64,000 nucleotides of DNA. Source: Callorhinchus milii (lineage: Eukaryota). The notes under the pieces were generated by a model. The model did no database searches. It was not told the DNA's origin and saw nothing but the letters and a program-made list of their open reading frames with translations. The translations under genes were made by a program, and so were the position numbers. Location of the stretch: assembly GCF_018977255.1 (NCBI RefSeq), contig NW_024704743.1, positions 13,518,001 through 13,582,000 of the forward strand, written 5' to 3'. Shown piece by piece: positions 39,541-51,448 of the stretch (positions within the stretch are counted from its first letter, which is position 1; each line of letters opens with the position of its first letter).

Positions 39541-40380
39541 TGACTGAGGGACGTCCCCCCCCCCCGGGGCCCCCACTCCGGGACTGACAGATTCGCCTTC
39601 AAATCGAGTCCCGGAGTCGGACGGTGAGTGACGGTCGCTGTGACGTGTCGTCATCCACGTGACGTCCAAACCCCGGGAGAGCCTCGCGCTCCGGTGATCA
39701 GGAGCTTCGTCGCTCGAGTTGATTTCCCGTTGATGATCCCCTGTATCCGCCGTCCGGTCTGCGCTCATCCGCAAACATGAGCGGCGGGTGAGCAGCGCCG
39801 CCGCCGTTTATTCAACTCCGTGTCCCTGATCGAGTGGCTGTGACCCGGGACTCGGGACGTGCAGCTCCTCACGCCGCCGCCGCCCGGCCCGGCCCGGCCC
39901 GGCCCGCAGGGGGCGCTGTGCCGAGCTCGGCCATCGGCACCTTTGTAACCGCCGCCGCTCCGCGCCTCACAGCGGGTAAGTGTCAGTCCTCCTCCCCCCC
40001 CCCCCACCCCCCGGGCCGCCACCCCCCCCCCCCCCCCCACCCCCCGGGCCACCAACCCCCCCCCACCCCGGGCCGCCACCCCCCCCCCCCACCCCGGGCC
40101 GCCACCCCCTCCCCCACCCACCCCGGGCCGCCACCCCCCCCCACCCCCGGGCCACCAACCCCCCCCCCACCCCGGGCCGCCGCCCCTCCCTCAGCCCCGT
40201 CCTCTCCCCCCCGGGGTTCCGGCTGTCAGGGCTCTGCCGCGGCCGCGCTCTCCCTGTCCTGTCCCCGCGGAGGGGCTCAGATCCGGCACTCGATCAGGCC
40301 CCGGGGTCCAGGCCTCGGCTGACACAAGGGCCCCGCGGCTGTCAGCGCTGAGGGGCCGAGTGCCAGCGAGCGGCTGCGGT
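39540..40380 (+). promoter_or_regulatory. CpG-island promoter and first exon(s) of SIRT5 (possibly shared with NOL7)
   Basis: The only strongly CpG-rich non-repeat segment in the window, about 1.9 kb upstream of the SIRT5 ATG exon. TGACGTG at 39641, CACGTGACGTC at 39656 (E-box/CRE-like), consensus donor CGG|GTAAGT at 39975/39976. Confidence 0.8.
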
Positions 40381-41000
40381 GCCCCCCACCCCAGCCCCCC
40401 CCAGCCCAGCCCCCAGCACCCCCCACCCCAGCCCCCCACCCCCACCCCGCCCAGCCCCCCGCCCCCAGCCCCCCGCCCCCAGCCCCCCACCCCCCACCCC
40501 CCCCAGCCCAGCACCCAGCCCCCCCACCCCAGCCCCCACCCCAGCCCCCCACCCCAGCCCCCACCCCCCCCCCGCACCAGCCCCCCCACCCCCACCCCCC
40601 CCAGCCCAGCACCCAGCCACCCCGCCCCCCAGCCCAGCCCAGCCCCCCGCCCCCAGCCCCCCCCCCACCCCCCCACCCCAGCCCCCCACCCCAGCCCAGC
40701 CCCCCCCCAGCCCCCCGCCCCCAGCCCCCCCCCCCCCACCCCACCCCAGCCCCCCACCCCAGCCCAGCCCCCCCCAGCCCCCCGCCCCCAGCCCCCCCAC
40801 CCCCACCCCCCCCCAGCCCAGCACCCAGCCCCCCCACCCCACCCCCCGCCCCAGCCCCCACCCCAGCCCAGCCCCCCCCCAGCCCCCCGCCCCCAGCCCC
40901 CACCCCCCCACCCCCCCGCCCCAGCCCCCCACCCCCCGCGCCAGCCCAGCCCCCCCGTCCCCCCGCCCCCCCGCCCCAGCCCCCCCCCCCCCCCCGCACC
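39988..41000. repeat. C-rich low-complexity tandem repeats (CCCCGGGCC(G/A)CCA units, then CCCCAG/CCCCCA units)
   Basis: Extreme C skew on the + strand. This sequence produces the spurious Pro-rich and Gly-rich ORFs. Confidence 0.9.
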
Positions 41001-41231
41001 AGCTATATCAAATTAAAGTATTCTTTTCATATTTTGTTTGTGTACAATAAAATACATTATTACATTTCCTATGTTTATATAATAGCTGCAATATTTATTT
41101 GTAGCAGTTATGTAAGTGCTTACAATTAAGTGCTTATTTAAGTGCTTACCATATTACATTGCTTGTGTTGACATAATATCTGTAATATATTTTCCTTGTA
41201 GCAGTTTTTATATTTACAATATTTGTGAAAC

Positions 41232-41530
41232 TCCGTTCATCACGCTCCGGTCTGCTCCGTGTCTCCCGCCCGACCCGTCCTACCATCGGTGGCCGGGCTT
41301 TCAGCCTCTCTGCCCCCACACTCTGGAATTCCATCCCACGGTCCCTTCGCCTCCGTCCCCCCCTTCCCTCCTTCACGGCCGGTCTCAATACCCTTCTCTT
41401 CGATCGTGCCTTTGGTCTCCCTCCCACCTCTCTGCCTTCCCTCACCCCAACACCTGACTGTTCAGCGCCTTGGGACGTCCTCCCGATGTGAAAGGTGCTC
41501 TATAAGTGTAACTTTGTTGTTGTTGTTGAT
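41232..41530 (+). mobile_element. L2 3' fragment
   Basis: IGGRAFSLSAPTLWNSIP..LNTLLFDRAF and (TTG)n tail. Confidence 0.85.
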
Positions 41531-41853
41531 ATTCACTTTTTTTTTACATATCTGCTTGATTATATTGTATGTAGGAACTAATAATCCATAGACGGATGTT
41601 TCATTTATAGCTGATCTATCCAGAAAAGTTCAGTGCTTTATTTAAATAAACCAGTAATATTCACTCAGCCCTTGTTGTTTTGGTAATTTTAGCTCCTCCT
41701 CTGAGCATGGTTCAGGCCTAACCAGGGGGAGGGCACAGCGGAAAGAACTCGAGCTGTTTTTCAATCAAGAACGTAGAGTAGACGGGTAACTACTGTTTTG
41801 AGAGTTATAAAAAATATATAATTTTTCCCTTCCAGATTCAACCGATATATCCA

Positions 41854-41965
41854 ATGATTCTCCTTCAGTTCAGCACTCGGACTCTTATATCTCAGGTGGG
41901 GAATTGTCTCAGAAAAACTTCAAAGTTGAAACTGACACGGATTGAAATGAATCGTCCAAGTTCAG
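41854..41965 (+). CDS. SIRT5: SIRT5 coding exon 1 (mitochondrial presequence region); exon begins at acceptor 41836
   Basis: Acceptor ttcccttccag at 41835, ATG at 41854. Encodes MILLQFSTRTLISQVGNCLRKTSKLKLTRIEMNRPSS, basic and nearly acid-free, resembling the SIRT5 N-terminus (..LISQ..M.RPSS). Donor G|GTCGGT, phase 1. Confidence 0.9.
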
Positions 41966-43751
41966 GTCGGTGCTCTTGTTTGGGGAGTGGGGGAGGATTA
42001 GGGGCACCTTCAGACTTTCTGAATGGTTGCGTTTGTTGAATATGATTGTGAAATGTTATTGATATTTAAAGTAACACTGAGTAAATGTTGATTCGTTTGA
42101 CCTTGGTTAATGGCTTGAATGGTAGACCTTTACAACTTTCACACACAGAGGGAGAATTTTCTTGTTTGCTGCATTTATTTCTTCTCTCGTAAGGACATAT
42201 TTGATTTGTCAGATTCGACTTTGTAATCTCTGCAGAAACTTTAGAATGATGATTGACGTTTAAAATTAGAAATGCAGTGAAACATGGTAAGGTTACTCGA
42301 GGAAAGGTTAATAGGTTCAGCTATTCAACATAAATGAAGGGATATTGCCCTTTTTCTGTGATGTCATTTGCTAAGTTTACTTTGAATTAAGAAACACACA
42401 AACAATAGCTGAGACTTTAGCTAAAAAGATTAAATATTCCCTGTTCTAAACAGGTTTATGTTGTCTGTTTAGTGCTCGACTTAAGCCATGTGTATTTCCT
42501 CAATGATCCCTCAAAAACAATGAGGACTGAAATTGAAATTGAGTCAGTTCCAATATAACAGCTGGAGTAATCTCCAGTTAACCTAATTACTGATGCAACT
42601 GCAGATTGTTAACAATTGTCTTTGTATTCAGTAGGTGAGTAAGTTGTGCACACTGGGTCCTCCCAGTTTTTGCAAAAAAAAAGTTTGCATAATTGTGGAT
42701 TTGAAGAAACATTTTTCAAATAGCTTTAAGTTTATTGTTGAATATTCCAAGACACTGCTTCGCAGGAAGGGAGTTATATAAATGCAAGTTGTTGTTGCTA
42801 ATGCTTTTTGTTCAGCCGGGTGTATGACGCATACGGAAACCCATCAACCTGCTTAAGAGTATCCACAACAAACTGAGAATTCCCTGCATCCCATCTAAAT
42901 ATGGAAATTACAGAGATGGATTGTTGGAATGGAATGCACACTCTCTCCCGGGAGGGTTGCATCCTGCTTACCCAATTCCGAAAAGTATTAGCTGCAGGTT
43001 GGCAAGAGTCAAGGCTTTGGGACACCGTAGTGTGCTTTGGGGTACTACTGGAGTCTAACCAGTGCTTTGAGGTACTTCTGGAGTCTTGCATTGATATCGC
43101 TGACTGACGAGCTTTTCTGCTGCTGGTCCAGCTAGGACCATCCTACCCATTACCCATTAGGTCTTTGGCTTGCAAGGGTTGACAGGAGCCCTCAATGGCT
43201 GGTCTGCCTTTCCAGGTCCTGCCGATGTGCCAGCCGGCTGTTCTATCATCATCAGAGCCCTGGAATACTACGGACCCGCCTGGCTCAGGAACTAAGGGCT
43301 GATTCGATTCCGACTTTCTATTGTTGGGCATGTCACCTTGGTGCCAGTTCAGCTACAAGGAGCCCCCACTTACCTTGTTTGTTAACGTTGTTTATATATT
43401 AAAATCGAAAGAGAAATAGATGTTAATGCAGAAACTTCATGCATCATAACATCTTTTTGAGAAGAAACTAGATCTGCTAATGGAGATTATAAATGGTTAT
43501 AAATTTAATGGTAACCTTTTTAAATTACAATTTCTATTTTGATTCAATTCTGATGCAAATGCATATCAAAGTATAGCTCGAGTGATACTTTATGGAAGAG
43601 TAACTGTCCAACTATGGAAAAAGTTCAATTTAAGGAGATTGGTTAAATGGAAAACTGCAGATTGAGTGCTGTTTGCTGTGCAGTATAATAGGTGACTTGA
43701 GTGGTAACTTCAAATTGCCTTTGTCATAACTGTGTGCTTATACGTTTTTAG

Positions 43752-43885
43752 ATTTGGCTGAATTTCGGGAAATCTTTGCAAAGGCAAAGCACATAACAAT
43801 ACTAACTGGAGCTGGGGCCAGTGCAGAGAGTGGAGTCCCTACTTTCCGAGGAGCTGGGGGCTTATGGAGAAAATGGAAGGCTCAG
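43752..43885 (+). CDS. SIRT5: SIRT5 coding exon 2
   Basis: AG/GT bounded, 134 nt. [45 protein letters not shown] contains the sirtuin [15 protein letters not shown]-binding motif. Confidence 0.97.
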
Positions 43886-44058
43886 GTATGCTCAACAATA
43901 ATAGGAAAGCTCAACAGCAACAACAACTTGCACTTATATAGTGCCCTGCATAGAGGGTGCTATATAAGTGCAAGTTGCTGTTGTATGTAGACGCCAAGTA
44001 GGACTTTATTTTATTGCACATAACATTAAAGTAATGCTTTTAGCCTTTTCCCCTTATA

Positions 44059-44192
44059 CAGGGTGACCAAAAAGTTGTGATACCATTACAATGAATATTT
44101 ATTACAATATTATTATTACAATGAATAAACCTTCAAGAAATTATGATTTTTTTTAGATAATAGGGTAGCATCATGACTTTTTGGTCACCCTG
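44059..44192. mobile_element. 134-bp Tc1/mariner-type MITE
   Basis: Perfect 17-bp TIR CAGGGTGACCAAAAAGT / ACTTTTTGGTCACCCTG, TA on the left flank, AT-rich core. Confidence 0.75.
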
Positions 44193-44820
44193 TTAGCAGT
44201 AATAATGGATGCTTTACATGCTACACTTAACGGGAAAGGAGAGGAGAGACTCTTTTCTCAGCTTCTTATTGTAAAACCTTAAATTATGCACAATGAATAG
44301 TAGGTTATTATAGCAATAGTATTCATCCTTTTATTTGCTATAGTTCCTTTTCATCTTAAAGTGCTTCACAGGATTTATTGTAAAATGTAGTGACTGTATT
44401 TGCAGGTGGAAACAGCAGTCAATTTGCACATAGCAATGTCCCACCGGCAGCATTGAAGTGAGTGACCAATTTTATTTGGAGGATTATTGGCCAGAACACC
44501 AGGAGAAATGTTGTTCACTTATTGAACGCTAACACAGAATCTTTAATGTCTCATCTGTAGGAAGGTACCTCCAACAATGCAGCACACCCCCAGCACTGCA
44601 TTGGAGTGTCACCTTAGACTATGAGTTCAAATATTCAACATTTCTACAATCAGCTACCAATTATGACATCCACATTTATATTAGGATTCAAAATATGGTA
44701 TTCACAACAAGCAAGAACAAATGATAGTTAAACGTCACACATTGTGACTTCTGCTGGCAACTGAATTTGTTAATGTGCTGCCTATCACCTAGACGAGTAA
44801 AGTGTGTGATAATGATAATT

Positions 44821-45290
44821 AGAGCACTCGCTTTGCAAGCGAGAGACCTGAGTTCAATTCCAGGCAGGGCGAAACCTTGGGCAAGTTTCCTTACTCCACA
44901 CAGAGCCTAATAATAATCCCTCCAAAACCAAAAACAATAATAGATTGGTCATTTTCAAACTACGACTGTTTGTGGGACATTGCTGTGCGCAACTGGCTGC
45001 CGCGTTTGCCCACAAATATACAGACAATTCACTTTACAGTGTGTTCTGTGAAGCGCTTTGGGACGTCCTCCCGACGTGAAAAGCGCTATATCAAATGCAA
45101 GGATTATTATTATTATTATAATTTAGTCACTCAATCCATGACTGTTTGTGGGACACTGCTGTGCGAAATTGGCTGTCGCATTTCGCCCACAAAATATACA
45201 AATGTACATTTTATAGTATATTCTCTGAAGCGATTTGAGAAGTCTCAACTACGTGATGAGGCACTATATCAAATGTAAGAACTCCTATTA
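44821..45290 (+). mobile_element. Young SINE followed by a second partial copy
   Basis: Family match at 44821-45120. A second 3' half spans 45121-45290. Confidence 0.88.
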
Positions 45291-45581
45291 TAGAAGGGCA
45301 ACTAAAACCCTAAACATTCACATTAATTTAAAATATTGTGTGAACTGTGTGGGGTTTAGATAATGTTTAAAAATAAGTGTTGTAAATCTGCTCTCTTATG
45401 ATGGCCATTTGGAGAAAAGCTTCACTAGAGTGAGTTGCTTACCTGTTGGATTTCTAGAAAAATGTTTAGGCAGTAGATTTTACAGTAGTTGTGCTAAAAT
45501 CTTTCTGCATAGACTTTATTTGGGGTATAGTAGTTACTGTGGTACCTTACATACAAATATGTGTTTTTTCCTTATTATCAG

Positions 45582-45807
45582 GAGCTAGCTACCCCAGAAG
45601 CCTTTGGAAGAAATCCTTCCAGGGTATGGGAATTCTACCACTACCGTCGTGAACTGATGCTGAGCAAAAGCCCAAATTCTGCACACATTGCCATAGCAGA
45701 GTGTGAAGCGAGATTGAGCAAGCAAGGGCGAAAGGTTGTGGTTGTTACTCAGAACATTGATGACCTTCATAAAAGGGCAGGTTCAAAAAATGTCTTGGAA
45801 ATTCATG
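45582..45807 (+). CDS. SIRT5: SIRT5 coding exon 3
   Basis: AG/GT bounded, 226 nt. [17 protein letters not shown] carries the Tyr/Arg pair that gives SIRT5 acidic-acyl specificity, then TQNIDDLH and EIHG (catalytic His). Confidence 0.97.
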
Positions 45808-46080
45808 GTATGGTATAGCTTTGTTCTCTGAAACCCGCTACCAGTACTTATTGTTGTTAATACCAATCACAACATGTAATTAAAAAGCCTGTGGTTGAGA
45901 ATTTCTAATGATTGAGAAAAATATACTGAGAAAAGTATACTGAGGTTAATTTTTGTGGTATTTCTCTATTAAGAATCATAATAATAACCTGGTTTGTCTC
46001 ATAGGTTGCTCCTAAAGATCTGAAGCTCTTTTTTTATGCTGCTTTTGATGTTTAAATTGCCCTGTTTTTGTCTCCTTTAG

Positions 46081-46168
46081 GCAGTTTATTCAAAACACGC
46101 TGCACAAACTGTAATAATGTTACGGAGAATTACAAGAGTCCAATATGTCCAGAATTAGCCGGAAAAGG
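46081..46168 (+). CDS. SIRT5: SIRT5 coding exon 4
   Basis: AG/GT bounded, 88 nt. [29 protein letters not shown] contains the first Zn-binding CxxC. Phases match neighbouring exons. Confidence 0.96.
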
Positions 46169-46705
46169 GTAATGATTTAGTGGAACTATTCAAGATTTCT
46201 AATAACTAATACTGCACGCAGAATTCAGAAATGTTCTAAGAAAGTAGAGTTTAGTCTTAACTAATATTTGCTCTCAGGCTTCCCTTAGAGGTTGAGTTTG
46301 CCGGTTTTGGTTAGAGTGGCTAGAGAGGAAATAAAGGCTGGTGGGCGTGCAGATGGGAGGAAGACACGTGAGGGAATTCTGTTTCACACCCAAGAACACA
46401 TCTTGGGAGTAGATGATGAAGGGCATTAATTTGTGTAATGTCTATGGCATTCAGCAACCCACCCTGATGAAGAAATTAGTATGACACTGGAGTGGTTAAC
46501 GGGGGAGAGAAGGTGTATCTGCCAATGCTGAGAAGCAACCAGTTCCTCCCGCTGAACTAAAAATCATACAATAAAACCTGTTTTGCTAAAAATAAAATGT
46601 ATGTAGTTAAGTTTCAGATACTGTACCCAGGTATACTATTTTGAAGCAAAATATACCAACAAATATACCATTAATGATCCATATGTATCTCTTGTTTATT
46701 TCTAG

Positions 46706-46759
46706 TGCACCTGATCCCAATACTGAGGATGCCAAAGTTCCAGTTGAGAATCTTCCCAG
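46706..46759 (+). CDS. SIRT5: SIRT5 coding exon 5
   Basis: AG/GT bounded, 54 nt, phase 2-2. APDPNTEDAKVPVENLPR. Confidence 0.95.
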
Positions 46760-47242
46760 GTAGAAATGCTGTGTCCTTTTTTTATATATAACGACTTCAT
46801 GGTGGGTACCACATATAGCATTCACACGGTATCTGTTGCAGTTTTGCGAATCCAATAAAAGATTATTTTGCGCAGTGGAGGGAAGAATTAAAAAGATTGA
46901 TTGCTTCTTGAGAAGTCAATGATGTGTAAATCTCTCATTGGAAGTTAATGATGGGTTGATTTAACTTTTTGGTTTGATATTTAGTTTCTGTAAACATTTC
47001 TAATTCCAGTTGAGGTTATGGTAAAGCCATTGTGGCTTGTTTGAATTAAATATGAAAATAATTACATTATTATAGTGTTGTAACATCTTACCAATTCACT
47101 GTAATTACTATCCTATGCAGTGAGTTTTTAAACAAAGTAGCTTTGTGGGCAATGTGAAGCAGTACTTTTATTGATAGAGAAAGTTGAAAATATATTTATT
47201 GGTACCAAAGAAATGCTTTAGCACTGTATGTAATGCCTGTAG

Positions 47243-47366
47243 GTGCAAGGAGTCCGGTTGCAATGGTCTGCTTCGTCCACATGTGGTATGGTTTGGAGAG
47301 ACCCTGGATTCTGATATCTTGACGGAGGTGAACAATGAGCTTGACATCTGTGACCTCTGTCTTGTG
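47243..47366 (+). CDS. SIRT5: SIRT5 coding exon 6
   Basis: AG/GTAAGT bounded, 124 nt. [41 protein letters not shown] contains the second Cys pair and the RPHVVWFGE motif. Confidence 0.97.
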
Positions 47367-47748
47367 GTAAGTATATGCTTTCCTACTACACAAATGTCTT
47401 TCCAAATATGAAAGATTTGGCATTTGTCAATACCTGCCCCATATACCAAGCTGCTGCTGTTGACTATTTCAAAACCTGATGTGAGATGAGCTATTGGCAC
47501 TAGCCGGGCTAGACCGGGAATAAATAGGTACAATTGGCATTTTGGAGCAATCTTCTATGCTGATAGTGCGATGCAAGATTCTGGTGGTGCAGTGTGCTAC
47601 TAGAGCACACTGAAATGGGAGTCTTAATTGGTTGAATTAATCGTATGCAAACAATGCATATTCTCTCCATATAGAGGGAATTACAGGCCAGTTTAAGAAA
47701 ACAACTAATAAATAAATCATTGTGTCGATTGTTTCAGGAACAAATTAG

Positions 47749-47888
47749 ATAATAATAATCCTTGCATTTGATCAAAGCGCTTCACAGAATAGACTGTAAA
47801 GTGAATTGACCATATATTTGTGGGCGAAATGCAGCAGCCAATTGCGCACAGCAGTGTCCCACAAACAGTCGTAGATTGAAATTGACCA
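47749..47888 (-). mobile_element. SINE 3' fragment
   Basis: Reverse complement of the family 3' half with a TAA tail. Confidence 0.82.
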
Positions 47889-48849
47889 AGATAGATTTCT
47901 GTTAGGAAATAATATTTTGGGATACATTATATAGATTGGGACGTGACATATCATTTGACTGCCAGGATGGTAAAGTTGAACTGGATGGACCTTGGTCTTA
48001 TTGTGTCTAGCAAATTCTTATGCACTGCAAAAATAGCCTCAGAATGTTAATATAGAAGATGTCAGTCGAAGTACCATTTGGAGCACTTACATTTCAGTTA
48101 ATCCATTTCAGGGGTCTGTCAGAAACTAATCTCCCTCCTCATTTCTCTCCCTCGCTCTCTCTCCCTCTCCCTTCCTCCTCCACTATCTCTACCACCAAGA
48201 ATTATTGAGTTGTACTGGTCCTACTGTAGACAGAGGTGTGATTTTGGCCCAGGTCTTTCAACGCATTCCATTGATAAATGTATTTTAAACTGTTCCCAAA
48301 GGAAACAATCCAATTTCACCACATCTTTTAACTTATTCACAAATCCAGCAGGAGTTGCCCTTGCCTATAGCATATTGAATCTATCAATCAAGATTATTAA
48401 AGTGTATTTGGAAGCGAGCAGGACAGAGTGGTAAGATTGCATACCTCATGAAGAAACACATGAGTGCAGACCTGTGGGGCTATGACAGGGGGATAAACCC
48501 TGTCACTGCCTTTTATGGTTATTGGTGATCAATCTATGTGTAAAGGGAGCTAACAAGGGCTGGACTCCCAAATCCCCAGCTTTATCCTAAAAGATAATTT
48601 AGCACTAGTATAAAGCTGGGGGCTTGGGAGTGAGTGGAGAAGACTGATGTACTGATGTACAGAGATAGAGCTTACTTGTCAAAATAAACTTTTTTTTGTT
48701 AAAAACTGTTGTGCAAATTTTATTTTTGGGCGTGACCCACACCCTCCTACAAGGACCAAATTGCTTTTCTATCCTGTAACATTTTATAATTCTTGATGAT
48801 GTTAAAGTAATAGCACTCTTATGTGAATCTTTTGAAATTGTTCTGTAAG

Positions 48850-48965
48850 GTTGGGACATCATCTGTCGTTTACCCAGCTGCCTTGTTTGGTCCCCAAGTA
48901 GCTGCCAGGGGTGTACCTGTAGCAGAATTCAACACTGACATCACAAATGCTAGCAAAACGTTCAC
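48850..48965 (+). CDS. SIRT5: SIRT5 coding exon 7 (penultimate)
   Basis: AG/GTGAGT bounded, 116 nt. [38 protein letters not shown], ending in phase 2 (AC|). Confidence 0.97.
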
Positions 48966-48994
48966 GTGAGTATAAATAGTCTGTTTCCATTGGT

Positions 48995-49310
48995 TGGGGT
49001 GTCTAACCAGGGGACATAATTATAAGATAGCAACAGGAGGATCTAAAAGAGAACTTAGGAGGAACTACTTCACACAGAGCGCAGTAAGATTGTGGAACTC
49101 GCTGCCTGAAGTGGTGGGTGAATCAGAAATGTAGATGCATTCAAGAGGAAACTAGAACGTCATATGAGGGAGAGGGGACTAGGGTGGTATTTGAGGGGAG
49201 GAAGGAATCGGTGGAGACTTGTGTACTTTATTTATATTCATGTGGAAACAGACACCAGGACAGACTGGTTGGGCCGAGTGGCCTGTTTACATGCTGTACA
49301 CTATTGTAAC
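48995..49310 (+). mobile_element. Older CR1 3' fragment in the last SIRT5 intron
   Basis: Encodes RRNYFTQSAVRLWNSLP, similar to the CR1 ORF2 C-terminus, followed by a CR1-like 3' UTR. Confidence 0.75.
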
Positions 49311-50213
49311 TCTGGTGCTTAGGTACGTGAGTGAAGATATCTGCTCCTCTGATATGTGAGTGAGAAGATCTGCTGTTTGGATAAGGAGATGCAACTTTAA
49401 ATTGGTCTGTAATTGGGATTTACAAATGCTAATAACAATGGAATTGGGTTATTGGAAATGTGTTTGGAGTGTTTGCATGCAGCTGTATAGAATAATAAGA
49501 TTGTGGATTAATGTTGTGCAGCCTGGTTTACAATTTAATCCATGGGTTGAACTCTGAGCAATGTAACCTCAAAAGCATACAACCAAAACTGCGCAGAATT
49601 TCTGACTCTTAAACAAGATCATTGCTAACATTTGTGCCCTTGCAGCTCATTTGCAATGTTGAGGTCTAAATCGCCATTTAGATTTGATGGCATGGCAAGT
49701 ATTGAGATATTAGCCAGTCAAACTCCAGCGTACCTCAAGGTTTTAGTGGTATGAAGAGAAATCGTAAGAACTGTTGTGTGTATATATTAATATCTTGTGG
49801 GAATATTGGAATGTAAGCCTTGGTCAGACGCCACCTGGAGTATTCAGGTTTGGGCAGGATACAGGGCAAGGGTAACTGGATTTGAGGTATAGATCAGCCT
49901 TGATCTTATAAAATGGCGGAACAGGTTCGAGGGGCTGAATAGCCTACTCCTGTTTCTATGTAAATGTAAAATTTGGTTTTATAAAATAGGTAAAATAGTA
50001 TTGAAGGAGGTATTAAGCCTCAGAATTCGTGGGAGAATAACTTTGATTAACCCATCGTCTGAAGGTTGAACTGAGTTCAACATTGTCAAGATGCTAAAGG
50101 TCACTTTATCTATAATTGTGGGAGCAAGTGACCTTATAATCAGAAACACTGTCGAGACACAACGTGTGTGAAGAGTATTATATAAACTGCAAGTTGTTGT
50201 GTTTTAAATACAG

Positions 50214-50274
50214 GGACAAAGAATTGCTGAAGGAAAAAAGAAAAAGAAGGGAGAAACTGTTCAAGGAGCAAAAG
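50214..50274 (+). CDS. NOL7: NOL7 exon (equivalent to mammalian exon 2), nested in the last SIRT5 intron
   Basis: CAG|G...AAG|GTAAAG, 61 nt, phase 2-0. [20 protein letters not shown] closely resembles NOL7 [20 protein letters not shown] (recalled) and joins in frame to 54731. Confidence 0.9.
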
Positions 50275-50549
50275 GTAAAGTTGTTGTAGTGGGTACACTA
50301 CACATTACTTTGAGAACCATTCATATCTGAATTTCAAGATCCTTTTTAAAAAGAGCTCTCCTTGACTGTGTCTTCAGTACATCCTCGAATTCCCTCCTTT
50401 CTTCCCATCGTTTTGTAAAAAAAAAGTCATTCATATAGTCATTCATAAAGTCATTCATGAGGCGTCTCGAAGATGTGATAAGGTGCTATGTCAAATGCAA
50501 GGATTATTATTATATACAGGGCCTACAAAAAAAGCCCTGTATCATAATT

Positions 50550-50890
50550 GGTCCAGTAGCATATTGGTTAAGAGCACTCGCCTCGCAAGCGAAAGGACCT
50601 GGCTTCCTTATTCCACATGCCTCTGTTTACACAGCAGTAAATAGAAACCCGATTGTTAGCCAATCGGTGGATCACTTTTCTGGGGGGAATAATCCCTTCA
50701 AAAGATAAATAAACAATAATAATAATTTGGTCACTCAATCACGACTGTTTGGGAGATACAGCTGTGTGCAATTGGCTGCTGTGTTTCGCCCACAAAATAT
50801 ACAGTTAATTCACTTTACAGTATATTCTGTGAAGCGCTTTGAGATCTTTCGAAGCTATAAAGCGCTATGTCAAATGCAGTGATTATTATT
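50550..50890 (+). mobile_element. tRNA-headed SINE, longer subfamily
   Basis: Matches the 33192 copy. Confidence 0.82.
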
Positions 50891-51284
50891 CTAAATTGGT
50901 GAATTAAGTTTGCTGCTCAAACAGTAAGGTTTTAATATGATTTCAGAGCCAAACATCCTACTAATCCAGCTTCCTTTGCATTACTTATTATTAGTAATAA
51001 TAATTTTCGCATTTAATGTAGGATTTATAGTGTCAGTAATATCTCAAAGCACCTCACCAAGTTTCGTAAAGTGTAGTGACAAATCATATTTGTAGGTGAA
51101 TGGTCAGCCAATGAAGTGATTGACTAATTTTTTCCAAAGGATCTTTTGGCAGGAGAAACTATCATCTCATTTTTTGACTGGTGCAACAGGATATATTAAT
51201 GTCCACCTGAATGGGCAGATGGGACCTTAATTTAATGTACCTCATTCAAAGAATAACATTTCCAACAATTTAGTGCTTCCCCAG

Positions 51285-51309
51285 NNNNNNNNNNNNNNNN
51301 NNNNNNNNN
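51285..51309. other. Assembly gap (25 N)
   Basis: Run of N between the nested NOL7 exon and the SIRT5 terminal exon. Confidence 1.
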
Positions 51310-51448
51310 GTGTATTTGGCAAGTATATTGTCCAAGATTTGAAGTGGTCAGAATTGTACATTTCAGACTCTTCCCTCACCCACTTTATAGATCAAAACCC
51401 AAATAAAGACAGATTAATCTGATTATTTTTGACTGTTTGTCTTTGCAG

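Noticed and set aside
39430..39774. Minus-strand ORF containing SSDEAP, reminiscent of the NOL7 DEAPEE motif
   Set aside because: It is on the wrong strand for NOL7, the similarity stops after four residues, and the ORF runs into the minisatellite. Likely chance in GC-rich DNA.
39765..41050. Long Pro-rich and Gly-rich ORFs
   Set aside because: Products of C-rich low-complexity repeats that lack stop codons in several frames.
49646..49739. Exon-like segment in the last SIRT5 intron (CTAAC branch point, TTGCAG acceptor) as NOL7 exon 1
   Set aside because: No NOL7 similarity and only weak donors. At most a cryptic exon.
50515..50541. TA-CAGGGC..GCCCTG-TA mini inverted repeat
   Set aside because: Too short to distinguish from chance.
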